From assembly GCA_030770535.1 (NCBI GenBank), contig JASVEC010000010.1, positions 496,001-560,000 of the forward strand: 64,000 nt of DNA, read 5' to 3'. Positions 26,582 to 39,502 of the stretch are shown piece after piece (the stretch's first letter is position 1; every line of letters begins with the position of its first letter). The notes below the pieces were generated by a model. It had not been told where the DNA came from. It saw only the letters and a program-made list of their open reading frames with translations, and made no database searches. The stretch comes from Batkoa obscura (lineage: Eukaryota). Position numbers and translations under genes: made by a program.

Positions 26582-28108
26582 TTAAGGATCATCATCATCA
26601 ATGCAAGATATAGTAGGACTAAGCTGAGTAGTATCTTTTCCATTTTTAGTTGGATCAACAGCCTGAATAGCACATACCCTAGCCAACTCTTTTTGATATA
26701 ACAACTCATAACTAAAAGAACCACGTACTGTTAAATCAAAAGGATCTTTAATAATATCAGCCCTAGAAAAATTATATTTATTCGTTTATATTTAAAATAT
26801 ATCAATTAATCTTACCATGCTATTGTTTTATTCAGGTCATCACCAAACTTACCAGGGTCAAGTAGACGAACAGTGGTGGATAAAGTAACTGGTACCCCTC
26901 TCTTTTGCCAGAAATAATACCCTGGATAAACTAAAGGTTCATCAACATGATGAACGTCTCCTAAATAAATAACAGATGGATTATCTAAAATAAAGGGGTT
27001 AAAGGCCAAATTTTGTTACCATTAGTAATAATTACCTTGTGGATCCAGAGTATGATTTCCTTTAGGGGTAACATAAATACCCAGTGTACATTGTTGAACA
27101 CTTATAGACCAAAGGTTCCAGTTAGCCCCTCTAACATGGATATAAAAAGTCAAACTGTTCTCTGCTGCTAAAACGCTTTTAATATTTACAATGGCAACAT
27201 CAACTAGAGGGAGGGTAGACATAGAATAAATGGCCATAAAAAAGGAACAGATGGAGATCAATACTAAAATACTAAATAGAGAGATGTCACTCATCATTCT
27301 CTTTCTTCTTTTAAAATTATTATTTTTATTCCAAATTTGTATAAAAGTTTCATCTTCTGAGTCTGTAAACGATTGGAAATGTTGACTAAGTTTACGATCC
27401 TTTATTATACTACCGTAATTTTTTTTTTTCTTTTTTGTTGATTTGTCTGGTGATATAAACGCGTTTTGTTCATAATATAAATTTTTATCGTATTCTAACT
27501 CTGGGTGGAATTCTATGTTTTTCTTCTTTTTTATTGTATTATTACTATACTTGTATTTGATTGGTTTATTATATAAATATTCCTCTTGTTCATCACTATC
27601 TAAATAAGAATCTGAGTCACTTCCCTTTACTGATAATATATTCGAATTCATAGCTTTATTTTCCATTTTATTTTTGTTTGTCTTTTTATTTTTATTCTCA
27701 TACTAATAATAAAATATTTAAAACTTAAAATTTAAAATCATTGCCGCTTACCATTGCATAATTATCTCCATTATTATTTTTAGTCTCCATAGTTTCAATA
27801 GACAGTCTTCTCTCAGATCCTTTAGGTGCTGACTTTTGCAAAAAATACTGTTTCCTTTCATGATCTTCCTCTGTATTCTCTTCTTGAAACAAGTTTGGGG
27901 TGCTTGGTTGATGGGTATATCTTTTGGAGTGTGATACAGTTTCTCTATAATCCGGAACGTCTAAAAATACCGATGTTGGGTTGAAAAATAATTTAGGACT
28001 TGGCGGTGCATCCCTTTTATTGCTATATCCAAATACGCCTGCTTGTTCATCAAGTTCGCTATCGTCTAAATCTGTAAGTTGGCTTAACATTGCTTTTGGA
28101 TAACTCAT
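26582..28108 (-). CDS. Vac7-like vacuolar membrane protein; exons 28108-27752, 27702-27036, 26984-26816, 26762-26582
   Basis: Low-complexity N-terminus, one TM helix, then YLGDVHHVDEPLVY, VRLLDPG and W..IIKDPFDLTVRGSFSY, resembling the Vac7 luminal domain. Confidence 0.65.
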
Positions 28109-28901
28109 ACTTTATTTTTTTGGTTACTTTTCTATTCCTCTTTTATTTGTCTATCACCTGTTAAAAGTTAGCTTTTGGCTTTTATTGGCTAGAGTAATTT
28201 TTGCTAATTGCCACAATATTTTGTCACTATTGTTTCTATTGAACAATGTGTTTAATCGTAGGTTTGGAATGCTAAGGAATGATATTATTAGAATTTCAGG
28301 CTTCTATAAAATATCAAACTGGTTCATTTCTCTAGCTTGTTAGTTTGACTTGATAAAGTTTAACAGCAAAAAGTAGAGTCAATAAAAATAGAATAAAAGA
28401 TAATTAAAATAGAAAAAACTACGATGAATACTAAAAAGACACTAAATGTTTTTTTCAAATTAATTAATATTATTATAGTTCAATGGAATTTAAAGTAACA
28501 AAATGTATTAAAATATGAAGCATAAATTATCTAAGCTATTTTATTTATTAAAGCTTTATTTTTTAAAATAACTTTTCAAATCTTTTTGACTATCAAAAAC
28601 GTTTATGTAATAATATTGTTTAATAAAACTTAAACTGACTTTATGTTATAATAACGCAGATTTAAAGGTATGTTTTTAGACTGATTCACACCTTCAAACC
28701 TATCGCACTTTCTTTTATATACTTTAATAATTCTAGTTTATTTTATAAATTGTTAAGCATATTAATTGCTTTATTAAGAATTTAAATTCAAATTGTTTTA
28801 AAATTTACTATTTATGTTTATATTAAATTATGATTATAAAATATAAAACCTCAAATGATAATAAAAATTGATATAATAAATGCTTTATTTTTCGATCAGT
28901 C

Positions 28902-29639
28902 CTAGCGAGTAATGAGAGCACCATTAACAAAAATAGTTTGAGCATTGACCCATTTAGCCTTATCAGAAACTAAAAACTCAACTACTGGTAATACATCTTC
29001 TACAAGTCCTAGTCTTTTAGCTGGTGTCATATTTGTAAACATTTCAACTGATTCTTTTGACTCCTGTCCATGGAAAAAACTAGTATCAATAGGACCTGGG
29101 GCTACGGTATTAACAGTAACACCTCTGTGACCTAATTCCTTTGCCAAGGCTCTAGTAAAATGTTCTAAGGCAGATTTAGAGCCTGCATAAGCTGAATAGA
29201 ATGGGGTGGTAACAGCCAATAATGAAGTGCCCATGTTAATAATACGTCCATTATCATTGATGCATCTAGCAGCTTCTTGCATAACAAAAAAGGCTGCTTT
29301 AGAATTGATACCAAAGACTCGGTCATACTCTTCTTCAGAAATATCAATAAATGGTTTCTTTAAGACTTCTCCAGCGTTGTTGATGACGATATCTACACCT
29401 CCATATTTAGCAGTGATCTTTTGAAAGATATCTTTGATTACATTGACTTTAGTGAGGTCACCTTGGACGATTAAAGAGTCACTAGAGAGTGCTGCTACCT
29501 CTTCAGCTGCTGCACGAGAATTGTCACTATGGTAATGAACAACCAATTTGGCACCCTCTTTGGCTAAATGCTCAGCAAAGGAACGACCCATATTCTTACT
29601 AGAACCAGTGATGAAAGCTACTTTGTTATTTAAACTCAT
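28902..29639 (-). CDS. Classical short-chain dehydrogenase/reductase, copy A (intronless)
   Basis: TGSSKNMG, NNAG, YAGSK and PGP motifs. Confidence 0.95.
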   Translation of the reverse strand: MSLNNKVAFITGSSKNMGRSFAEHLAKEGAKLVVHYHSDNSRAAAEEVAALSSDSLIVQGDLTKVNVIKDIFQKITAKYGGVDIVINNAGEVLKKPFIDISEEEYDRVFGINSKAAFFVMQEAARCINDNGRIINMGTSLLAVTTPFYSAYAGSKSALEHFTRALAKELGHRGVTVNTVAPGPIDTSFFHGQESKESVEMFTNMTPAKRLGLVEDVLPVVEFLVSDKAKWVNAQTIFVNGALITR

Positions 29640-30297
29640 TTTGATTTTTGATTTTTATTATTATTACTTGGTTAACATTGGGGTATTTATACTTGATGAA
29701 TTATACTGATAACCCATTAAATTATTATAAGTGACTACTTGTTCTTAATAACTTGAATTGTCTCAAGTTAAAGAAGCCCATATTTTCAAGGTTGGATGTG
29801 GGGGTTAACTCTGATGTTTAAGCTTTAGAGCTTGTAAGAATACTTGTATTTTTTTAAAGGGCTATCCTTGAAATATTGTCGGAGTTATGTTGGGTGCTTA
29901 CTTTTAAACTAGTATTTTATTGAAAATTAATCAGAATTGAAAAACTATTTTTGATTCAGTTTAGCATATTGCATATGGGCTTTATGTTGATAATGTCCAT
30001 GTTAAGAAAATCTAATGTTGAATTACTTCGATTTTCAAAACAATCGGGTTTAATTTAAATTGATGTCAAAAATTGAAATTTATGTCCGATTAATTGAATA
30101 AAGTTCTTATATATTACTATAATAGAATATGTACCTTTATGTCTAATACTATTAAGAACAAAATAGTAAAAAGAACTCAGTAAAAGGAACTGAAGTTTCA
30201 TATTAACTAAAATAATTAAATATCTATTATAAATCAACGTATATTATAAATCAATTAAAACACTAGGGTTTTTGAGTTTTTGCATACTTTAAGAAGT

Positions 30298-30387
30298 GAA
30301 GGTATTTTTCATTATTTTATCTCTTTTTTGAACGCTATTGAGTGGAAAAAATGTTGATAAACTTCTCAGACAAAAATCGGCATCGCC
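30298..30387. mobile_element. MITE family A copy 8 (degenerate)
   Basis: CGCTATTGAGTGGAAA core; right end followed by AAAT. Confidence 0.6.
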
Positions 30388-31554
30388 AAATAAAAGTAAA
30401 ATTAGTAAAATTAGTAAGATTATTTCTATATTAAAATAAAGTTTCAATTAGATAAGGCAATGCCAAAGGTATCACTTCATATGTATTAGTTTAGCAAAAT
30501 TACAAATTTGTCAAAAGTGAACTTTTTAACTAATTTTATAGGTTTAGTGAAAGTTTTATGGTCAATGTTGAGTAGCTATAATTATAATGAAAATAGTTGT
30601 CAAAATTTAAAAGCTTACGTTTAGGTTTTTGCTTATCTAAGTGGTATTTGTTTATACTATTTTTATTATTGACATCACAAATCATTAAAAATAACATTAT
30701 TTAAACTAAATTTCTATTCAAAATAGGTTTCAAAACTATTTTCAACCAAAATGAACATTTGGTATTTGAATTTCACACTAAATATCATGTTAGCATACTA
30801 AATTTTCTATAACGCAATTGTTTTTAATTTTTCTTTTACCTTGTCTGCAAGTATTTTTACCTAAAAATATGATAACAATCTATTCATATTTTAATAGCAT
30901 TAACTTCAGCTTTTTATTGTCCCTTAAATTGGTCAAATTTCAATAAATGCTTTACAAATGAGCTAGCTGTATTTGGACAATTTTTTGATTCTTTTTCCTT
31001 TTTTGCTGTAATTTGAGATATTTGGAAAGTTTTCAAAAACTCCCACGCACCCTATAGTTATAACAATTCCAATAATTACTAGAAAATTAAAGATTCATGC
31101 TGTCTAATCCAAATGTTTATGTAAAATATAATAAAGATATAAAATAAAAACACACTTTTAACAATCTATATTTAACAATCTATATTTAACAAGGATATCA
31201 GAAACTAATTTGTCTTCATTTTATTCAATTTACAAAAGACTCAAGTCAACAATGACCTGATAATCTAAAATAGAATAACTTGAGTAGAGAGTTTTACTAA
31301 AAATTCATCCCTGACTATTTAAAATCAAAAATTCGAATTATGATTAACCTTATCCAATCAACGTCATTTAACTTGTAATTCGGTCATATCGCCATTGAAT
31401 ATTTTAGTGATAGGTTAAGTTTTAAGAATAAACATAGTTAAAAAAAAAGAATATAAAACAAAGGTATAGGAAGCAAATAGCTTCATTTTTTTATTGATTT
31501 AAAAGCAAACACAGTAAATTACGATATACTTCAACAATATACATATATTAATCT

Positions 31555-33296
31555 ATGACTCACTTATCAAAAAGATTCAAAATGTTAAAGAGTTTTATTG
31601 ATTATTCACCAGAATCTCATTTTTCTATTCAAAATTTACCATTTGGTATCTTTTCTGTTAATCAAGTAAGTTTCTATCTATCCTTTTATGAAGCCTTATC
31701 CTTAACTAACTACTTTAAAAAAGAATACTCCAAGAGTAGGTGTAGCTATTGGAGATCAAGTATTAGATCTTAGTGTGATTGCTAATGCTGGTTTATTTGA
31801 TCAAAATGTACCAGAATTAAATAATGAAGCCAAAGATGTTTTTTCTCAAGTAAGTTCATCCTATCTTAACTCATATCAACCCCCTTCTAACCTCGCTCTT
31901 TAGACTACTCTTAACAAATTGATGTCTTATACTCGTCCAGTATGGACAGCTACTCGTAATTATATTCAAACGTTATTATCTTCTGAAAATCCAACCTTAC
32001 GTGATAATCAAAGCTTACGTTCGGAAGCTTTAATTCCATTAACTCAAGTTCAAATGCATTTACCAGCAAATATTGGTGATTATACCGATTTTTATGCTTC
32101 TAGAGAACATGCTACTAACGTAGGTATTATGTTCCGTGGTAAAGATAATGCCCTTCAACCTAATTGGTAAGCTTATTATAATAAGTTTATAAGATAATGT
32201 GTTAATAATACTTTTGTTTTAAAAATAATTTAGGTTACATTTACCAGTTGGTTATCATGGTCGTGCTTCTTCAATTGTTGTTTCAGGTACTGATTTAACT
32301 AGACCAAAAGGTCAAAAATGTCCAGTTAAAGGAGAACCACCAGTATTTGGTGAATGTGCTAGATTAGACATTGAATTAGAAATGGTAATTTTTTTAATAA
32401 TTATATCAACTTAATTTAATTTATTATAATAAAAGGCTTTCTTTGTTGGTACTGGTAACAAATTAGGACAACCAATTTCAATTGAGAATGCTGAAGATTA
32501 TATTTTTGGTGTTGTCGTTATGAACGATTGGTCTGGTAAATTATTATTATTTATATAATTGATAAAATTAATTTTATTTTATTTTAATTAGCAAGAGATA
32601 TTCAGGCATGGGAATATGTACCATTAGGACCTTTCCTTGGTAAAAACTTTGGTACTACTATCTCTCCTTGGGTTGTTACTATTGATGCTCTTAAACCTTT
32701 TGCTACTCAACAACCAGATCAAAGTGTAATTACAATAATGATAATTGTATTCAATATGTTTATTTTATTATTATAGGAACCAACTCCATTACCATACTTA
32801 CAATCTAAATCTAAAGATGCTTTTGATATTAATTTAGAGTTTAAACTTAAACGTAAGTTATTATTTGTATGATACGTAGTAAATATTTTAATTTTAATTT
32901 TAATTTTAAAATAGCAAATGGAGATAATGAATTTCATCCTGTATCTAAATCTAACTTAAAATATATGTATTGGACATTTAAACAACAATTAGCCCATCAT
33001 ACTGTTAATGGATGTAATTTAAGACCTGGGGATCTTCTTGGCTCTGGTACTATTTCTGGTGCTGTAAGTTTTGATTATAATTATTATATTTTATATTAAC
33101 ATATTATTAGGATGAATCTAGTTATGGATCTCTATTGGAATTAACTTGGTCTGGCCAAAAAGAACTTCAAGTTGGTAATAATACTAGAAAATTTTTACAA
33201 GACGGAGACGAAGTTGATCTTATTGGTTATTGCCAAGGGGATGGTTTCCGTGTTGGTTTTGGTAATTGTTTAGGTAAAATTTTACCATCCGTTTAA
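31555..33296 (+). CDS. FAH: Fumarylacetoacetase, 8 introns (start at 31555 or 31582)
   Basis: [66 protein letters not shown] and [11 protein letters not shown]. Confidence 0.95.
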
Positions 33297-33465
33297 ATAA
33301 AATAAAAAAACAAGAATAATTTGTTTTTATGAGTGGATAAAAATATGAAATAAAATAAAATTAAAAATATAAATGAAATGTATTTAAATTTTTAATAATA
33401 TAGTTAACTAAGTTAACCCAAGTTTCACTTTTTTTAAATAACTACTTAGTTCGAAATAATTATAT

Positions 33466-33564
33466 GAGGATGTATTTCTGTGTTTAAGAATTTTGCTAAT
33501 AATTTTTCCGCTCAAATAGCGCTTAAAAGATGGAAAAAATAATGAAACCAAAAAAACGCCCCCT
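33466..33564. mobile_element. MITE family A copy 9
   Basis: Consensus body; flanks ATAT/ATGT. Confidence 0.85.
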
Positions 33565-34404
33565 ATGTTGTTGGCGAAAATATCAAATATATAATTTAAT
33601 CTTTAGATTTATTTATGTTTTATATTTTTTCCAACTCGTAAATATCAGTAAGTAATCATTGTTTATATACCCATAATAATTTAGTATACTAGTTTTAGAA
33701 AATAATAGTAATTCATTCAATGATTCTATAAACCGTGATGAGCAATCAAGTGACACCCATATTAGTAAAACAGATGATAAATTTAATTTCATGACTTTAA
33801 AAGAAATTGATATTACTCACAAAGACAGAGACCCTGATCAAAGAGAACCTATAAAAGAAGAAGAAAAGATATAGTCAACTAGTGTAATCAATAACGACGA
33901 AAATGCTTAAAGCAGTGTTTAGTATCAATAGCAATATCAATCATTATTTTGACAGGGTTGAACAAGAAGGTGAAGAGTATTGAAAAATTAAGGTTATTTA
34001 AAATTAAAGTTGAATATCAACTTTGTGGAATTTAGTATTACTGCCAGCTCTTTAAAATTTAAAATGACTAGCAAATGAAAATTATCATATCTTATATCCT
34101 CTTTAATAGCTATTCAAAAAATATTCAATATTTTTTTTTTGTTAAAATTTCTGAATTTTGAACTTTTTAGGAAAACATGATCAATTGCAAACAAATGCTT
34201 AAACTAAGGAAAAAACAGTCCTGATGAAGTCATCAAAAAATATTTCACTTTTTTTATTTATTCAATCTATTTATACAATCTATTTATACATTTTATATTT
34301 ATTTCAACCCGCAATCGCAGCCAAAATATCAGCAAGTAAACATCATTTACACAACCTCACTAAACCCTACTAACTTCATTTTAAAACTAGATAATAGTAA
34401 CAGC

Positions 34405-37400
34405 ATGTCATCCGGTGATTCTATTAATAATAGCGATAATCAATCTAATGATAATCGAAATAACCAAACAATTGAGGTCTCCACTACTTCTAATTTAGTA
34501 GGTTATGATACTGAAGATGAAGAATTTCCAAATTATTATGATGTAATGGGAGATGATGAAGAAGGGACAAGATTTACTGAACATGAAGGTAGAGATTTAG
34601 TAGATCAAGATATGTCTAACAGAAGTGAAGATAGAGAAGGTAAGAGAAAAAAATAGTTTTAAATTCTTAATTTAATATTTAAAAGAACATAAGAAATAAT
34701 GTTAATCTACCCAATTTAGAACAATCAGAAAGCGAATTAACGGGTGAACGTCTTTTAGAAGTTACGGATATAAATGAATATGGAAATGGTGAATACTTTG
34801 ATTCTACAGACCAAGAAGACACAAGGATTACCGAAAATCAAGGTAGAAATTCAACTAACCAAAATGTGTCTAATAGAGAAGGTAACTAAGTAAAAATGGT
34901 TAAAAATTCAATTGAACATTGACACATCAAATTAATAGAAATTAACGCCGTAAACAGTCCAGAAGAGACCGAAAATCAACGAAGAATCCGAGCACTTGAG
35001 GATGTAATGAATTTTTCAGGTGACTTTGGAGGCTATATACTATCTAGTGAAGAACCTTTAGAAGAAGAAGAAGAAATAGGAGTTCATTATGAAGTCAATC
35101 CATCCATACAAGAAGAAAGCGAAGACTATGAGGAAGAAGAAGATAACAACGACCCTGATGGATATCAAGACCCAGATTGGATCGATGAAGAAATTGAAAT
35201 TGATTCGGATGGTTTTGAAATTGAAGAAATTGATGAAATGGAAGCTTTTATGTTTAACATGGGGCGCAGGTTTAAAAGATATACTAAAGAAGATAAGAAA
35301 GAAGTAGATAGAAAATTCAAAGAGTTGATCAAAAGACAAAGAAAAGAGAGTAAAGAGACATTCAATGATTTAGGGTTTTCAATGTTTGAAGAAGTTAATA
35401 GATGTTATGGAGATGATTTGACTCAATTTCCCTATCTCTCACAAAGACTTCTCTGGTCTAAAAAAGTAGGTGCAAATAATGTACCCAAATTAGCAATGAG
35501 TAAGGTGGGTTTAGATATTTTCAAATTGGAAATTTAAAATAATAGTAGCCTTAATAATAATAGGATTTGATACCCAATTCACGTGGTAGCCTAGTAAGAA
35601 GTTATAGTAATCGAGTTTATTCTGGACAATTTTCAGAGGATGGGTAATTTTATTTAGTCGTTTTAGCTTCAACAGTATTCGTATTAATTTATTATCCTTT
35701 GATTTTTAGTTCTTTTTTTTATTCTTGCTCTCAAGACTTTAAAGTAAGATTATTTAGTACAGATAAAGAAAACTTAGAAGAAGTAAAGGTAGTAAGAGCA
35801 GATATTGGTAAATTTCTTATCTAAATGCTTAAACTATATTTCTGATTTATTTTGTATTTATTTTAGGTCAATGGACAATTACAGGTAAATATAGAATCCA
35901 AATAAGATTAGAATAAATATTTATATAATTACAATTATAAGATGCTACGTTAAGCAGAAATAATAAATGGCTGGCATATTCTTCCATTGCACCCATTGCT
36001 TACTTAACCAGAACCGATGTTACGGACGATATTCAATCTAGATTGTCATTTTCAAATTCTAGAAGAGAAGAGTTTGGGGTAATAGAATTATGATTATTAT
36101 TTAAAACATAACAATAATAATGGTAATGATATTTTACTATAATTAGATATGGTCCTTAAGATTTTCATCAGATGGTAAAGAAATAGTAGCTGGTACCTCC
36201 AATCGATCAATCATGAGTAATTTATTAGCTAATATTAAAATACAAATTGACAGTACTTACAACTAATAATAAACAGTTCTTGATATTGAATCTAAAACAG
36301 TAGTATTTGATCAAAAAGGACATCGAGATGATGTTAATGCAGTATGCTTTGCAGACGATTCTTCACAAATTATGTTTTCAGGCTCAGATGATTCTTTAAT
36401 TAAAGTTTGGTAATTGATTTTTGTTATATTAAAAATAAAAAATAATACCGGTTTTTTTATAGGGACAGAAGATCAATGTATGGTAATGATTGTAGTCCAG
36501 CTGGTACTTTAGTTGGTCATACTGCTGGTTTAACTTTTGTTGCTTCTAAAGGGGATGGTAGATATTGTATTTCAAATTCAAAAGATCAAAGTATGAAATT
36601 ATGGGATATTAGGTAAACTATCATTTATTATACTATACTATTTAATTTAAATTATTTAATTATTCTATCTTGAATAGAAAATTAGTATCAGTAGACAGGT
36701 TTGATCTTACTTCTCATGTAGATAGTGTACTTCAATTTGATTATCGGTAACTTATTATTATTATTATTATTATAACTATAATTTATTCTTACTTTTAGTA
36801 TATTATCTTATCCTTTGAATAGCCCATTAACTCACCCAGATGATGTATCTGTAATGACATATAAAGGACATGAAGTATTATCTACATTAATAAGATGCCA
36901 TTTTTCACCAGCTGCTTCAACTGGACAAAAGTAATTTAGCTTCTGTTAAATTAAACCATTATCAATATTAATATTAACTAATATAATATTTGTATTAGAT
37001 ATTTATATACTGGGTCTTCAAATGGTAAAATACATATATATAATTTAGATGGTACTGTGGCTCAAATATTGGATACAAATGGAGCTATGAGAGGTAGTGA
37101 TGAGGGAATAATTAATTGTGGATTAAAGCAATATAGTGAAGAAAAACAACGTATATTACCACAAGAAGACAGCGATTTTTCTAGTCCAGAAAGAGAAAGA
37201 AGAAATCGAAGAAATGAAAGTAATCAAGCACCATTAGATCTTATTGCTGCTTTATTAGGTGGTAGAAGCAGTGGAAGTAGTAGAAGTAATAGAAGTGGTA
37301 ATTATTCTCATACTAAAAAAGTAGTTCGGGATGTTGCTTGGCATCCTAATTATCCAATAATTATTGCTTCTTGTTGGGATAGTGGTAAAGGCAGATTAAA

Positions 37401-37503
37401 TAAACACATATTTACAACGGATGCTAGAGGGAATGGTATGAGTCATAAAAGTGAAAGTAGATATCGTACTAGATCAAGAGCTAAAAATAGTCATAATTAT
37501 TAA
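34405..37503 (+). CDS. DCAF11/WDR23-like WD40 protein with an acidic N-terminus, multi-exon
   Basis: VYSGQFSEDG, GQWTITD, GHRDDVNAVCFAD, SGSDDSLIKVWDRR, KGDGRYCISNSKDQ, TLIRCHFSP and VRDVAWHP. Confidence 0.85.
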
Positions 37504-37669
37504 ATTTAAAGCTATGTATTGTATTATTTAGATTGTTATTAAAATTAGGATTTATTTTATTTTAAAAAAAAAGTAGAATCTGAAAAGTCATATAAAAGTA
37601 TATAAAATTGAAGATGAAAAAGAATAAAGAATAAGGAGAGGATAATAATAAGAATAAGTAAATTTTAAA

Positions 37670-39502
37670 TTAAACTTTAAAAGTAAGTTGTTTTGATGGT
37701 GTTGTTGTTGTTGATGATTTTAACAATTTGTTTTTAATATTTGAATTTAAATTTAATTCATTAATAATTTGATCAAATAATTGTAAATTTAAAGTAGCTA
37801 ATTTATATTGAAATTTAACTTTTTTTAATATCAAAAAATGATCTCGACATTTTTTTAAAGCTTTTGATAATCTCTTATTCATATTGGAGTTAGTTTCTAC
37901 TTGATCCAAATAGCGTAATATAAATATAAAACAAGCTGAAGTCATACCAACGGAACCATAAAAATTATAATTAATATTGAGTTTAATACCATATTCTAAT
38001 ACACAAGCGCATGCTTCTAATGCTTGATTTAATTGATCTTTATTGGGTTTAAAAGGTGTATAGGAAGTATGATGATGAGGTTGTTTGATTGGATTATATA
38101 AAGATAAAGAAAAATTAAAAAATTGAAAATAATGACAACGAAAAGCAATAGCATCAATACTTACTTGAATTATATTAATTTTATCTAAATCACCAATTAA
38201 ATTGGCTTTCAATTGATATAACTTTTGTAATATTTTGGAATTTTTCAATAATAATTTTTCAATTAATTGTTTGCATTGTAATTCATAATGAGATTTATCT
38301 TGTTTGCGATCTACTATTTTTTCTTTTAATTTGGCTAATTCAAATAAATACAAATTAAAATAAGCTAAACATTGATTAAAATGAATTGAACAAATTTCAA
38401 TTAATTTACTTAATGAAATTGTATTAATTGGTAATTGATTAAAATAATTCAAGTATCTTTTTAATGACTTATTAGGCTGAAATTGAATATCATTCATTAA
38501 TAATACATTATTCATTAAGGGTGAAAAATTAACATAAAACATTAAAGAGTTATAAGTTAACATTCTTTCTAATTGAACTTTTGGATGTAAATTAGGTTGA
38601 GGTAAATGTAATCCAATATTATGGGCTATTTTCAATGCAATTGATGCTAATGAGTATTGTATTTTATTTATAAATCCAATATTATTAATACCCATTAATA
38701 ATATAACTATTGCTTGAACTGTATTTAATTTAATTTTTAATCTATTAAAAGATAACAGATATTGAATTTGTGCTGTTAAATTATCAATCAAAGACGAAAT
38801 AAAAGGATCGGAGTCCATCAGTAATAGCCCACTTAAATAAATTGAATAATTTAATAACTTACTTCGAGTTGACTGAAGATAAATGCTTTCAATTGTAATT
38901 GGACTAAATAAATTGGGATTTCTTAAAAATGTTTGTTTAGCTTGATTTAATATAATTGGTAGCCGTGGTAAATTAATACGAAACATCTTTAATGGATGAA
39001 ATTCTTGTTTTTCAATGCCTTTGTCATCATTCAATAATTTAGTTAAGGTCATAAATAACTTTAAATCCTTATTTTTACTGCTTAAATCAGGAAATTGTAA
39101 TAGAGTTAATAAATTAATAATTCGATATCTTTTAGGTGCATTATCTGAACTTAATTGAACAATTGATAGAGCATGAATCTTTTCATTAGGTACAACAAAT
39201 TGAACATTTTGTGTATAACTTATTAATTGTTCGTTTTTATCATTTTCATCATTATTTTTTTCTTTATCTGATTTATTATCCATTCTAAAATTAAATGAAT
39301 TTTGGTCCATGGCCATTGTACGTAATTTATTTCTTTGTAATTTTCTTAAATAAGTACATTTTATTCCACCTTTTTCACAGTTATCGCAGGTAGGATATGT
39401 TCGATCACAGCCCTTTCTTTTTTTTGCACATTGATCACACCGATTCAACGAAGCTCTTGGCTTTAATTTGGATGTATCCGTTGAAATAATGGTTTCATGC
39501 AT
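37670..39502 (-). CDS. Zn(II)2Cys6 fungal transcription factor, intronless
   Basis: CDQCAKKRKGCDRTYPTCDNCEKGGIKC, plus a middle-homology-like region. Confidence 0.9.
   Translation of the reverse strand: MHETIISTDTSKLKPRASLNRCDQCAKKRKGCDRTYPTCDNCEKGGIKCTYLRKLQRNKLRTMAMDQNSFNFRMDNKSDKEKNNDENDKNEQLISYTQNVQFVVPNEKIHALSIVQLSSDNAPKRYRIINLLTLLQFPDLSSKNKDLKLFMTLTKLLNDDKGIEKQEFHPLKMFRINLPRLPIILNQAKQTFLRNPNLFSPITIESIYLQSTRSKLLNYSIYLSGLLLMDSDPFISSLIDNLTAQIQYLLSFNRLKIKLNTVQAIVILLMGINNIGFINKIQYSLASIALKIAHNIGLHLPQPNLHPKVQLERMLTYNSLMFYVNFSPLMNNVLLMNDIQFQPNKSLKRYLNYFNQLPINTISLSKLIEICSIHFNQCLAYFNLYLFELAKLKEKIVDRKQDKSHYELQCKQLIEKLLLKNSKILQKLYQLKANLIGDLDKINIIQVSIDAIAFRCHYFQFFNFSLSLYNPIKQPHHHTSYTPFKPNKDQLNQALEACACVLEYGIKLNINYNFYGSVGMTSACFIFILRYLDQVETNSNMNKRLSKALKKCRDHFLILKKVKFQYKLATLNLQLFDQIINELNLNSNIKNKLLKSSTTTTPSKQLTFKV

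Noticed and set aside
31666..31723. TCCTTAAC (U12-like branch site) in FAH intron 1
   Set aside because: The donor is GTAAGT and a CTAAC branch is present, so it is a U2-type intron.
31555..39502. FAH, Zn2Cys6 and SDRs as a tyrosine or aromatic catabolic cluster
   Set aside because: No HPPD, HGD or MAAI gene is present and an unrelated WD40 gene intervenes; adjacency alone is insufficient.
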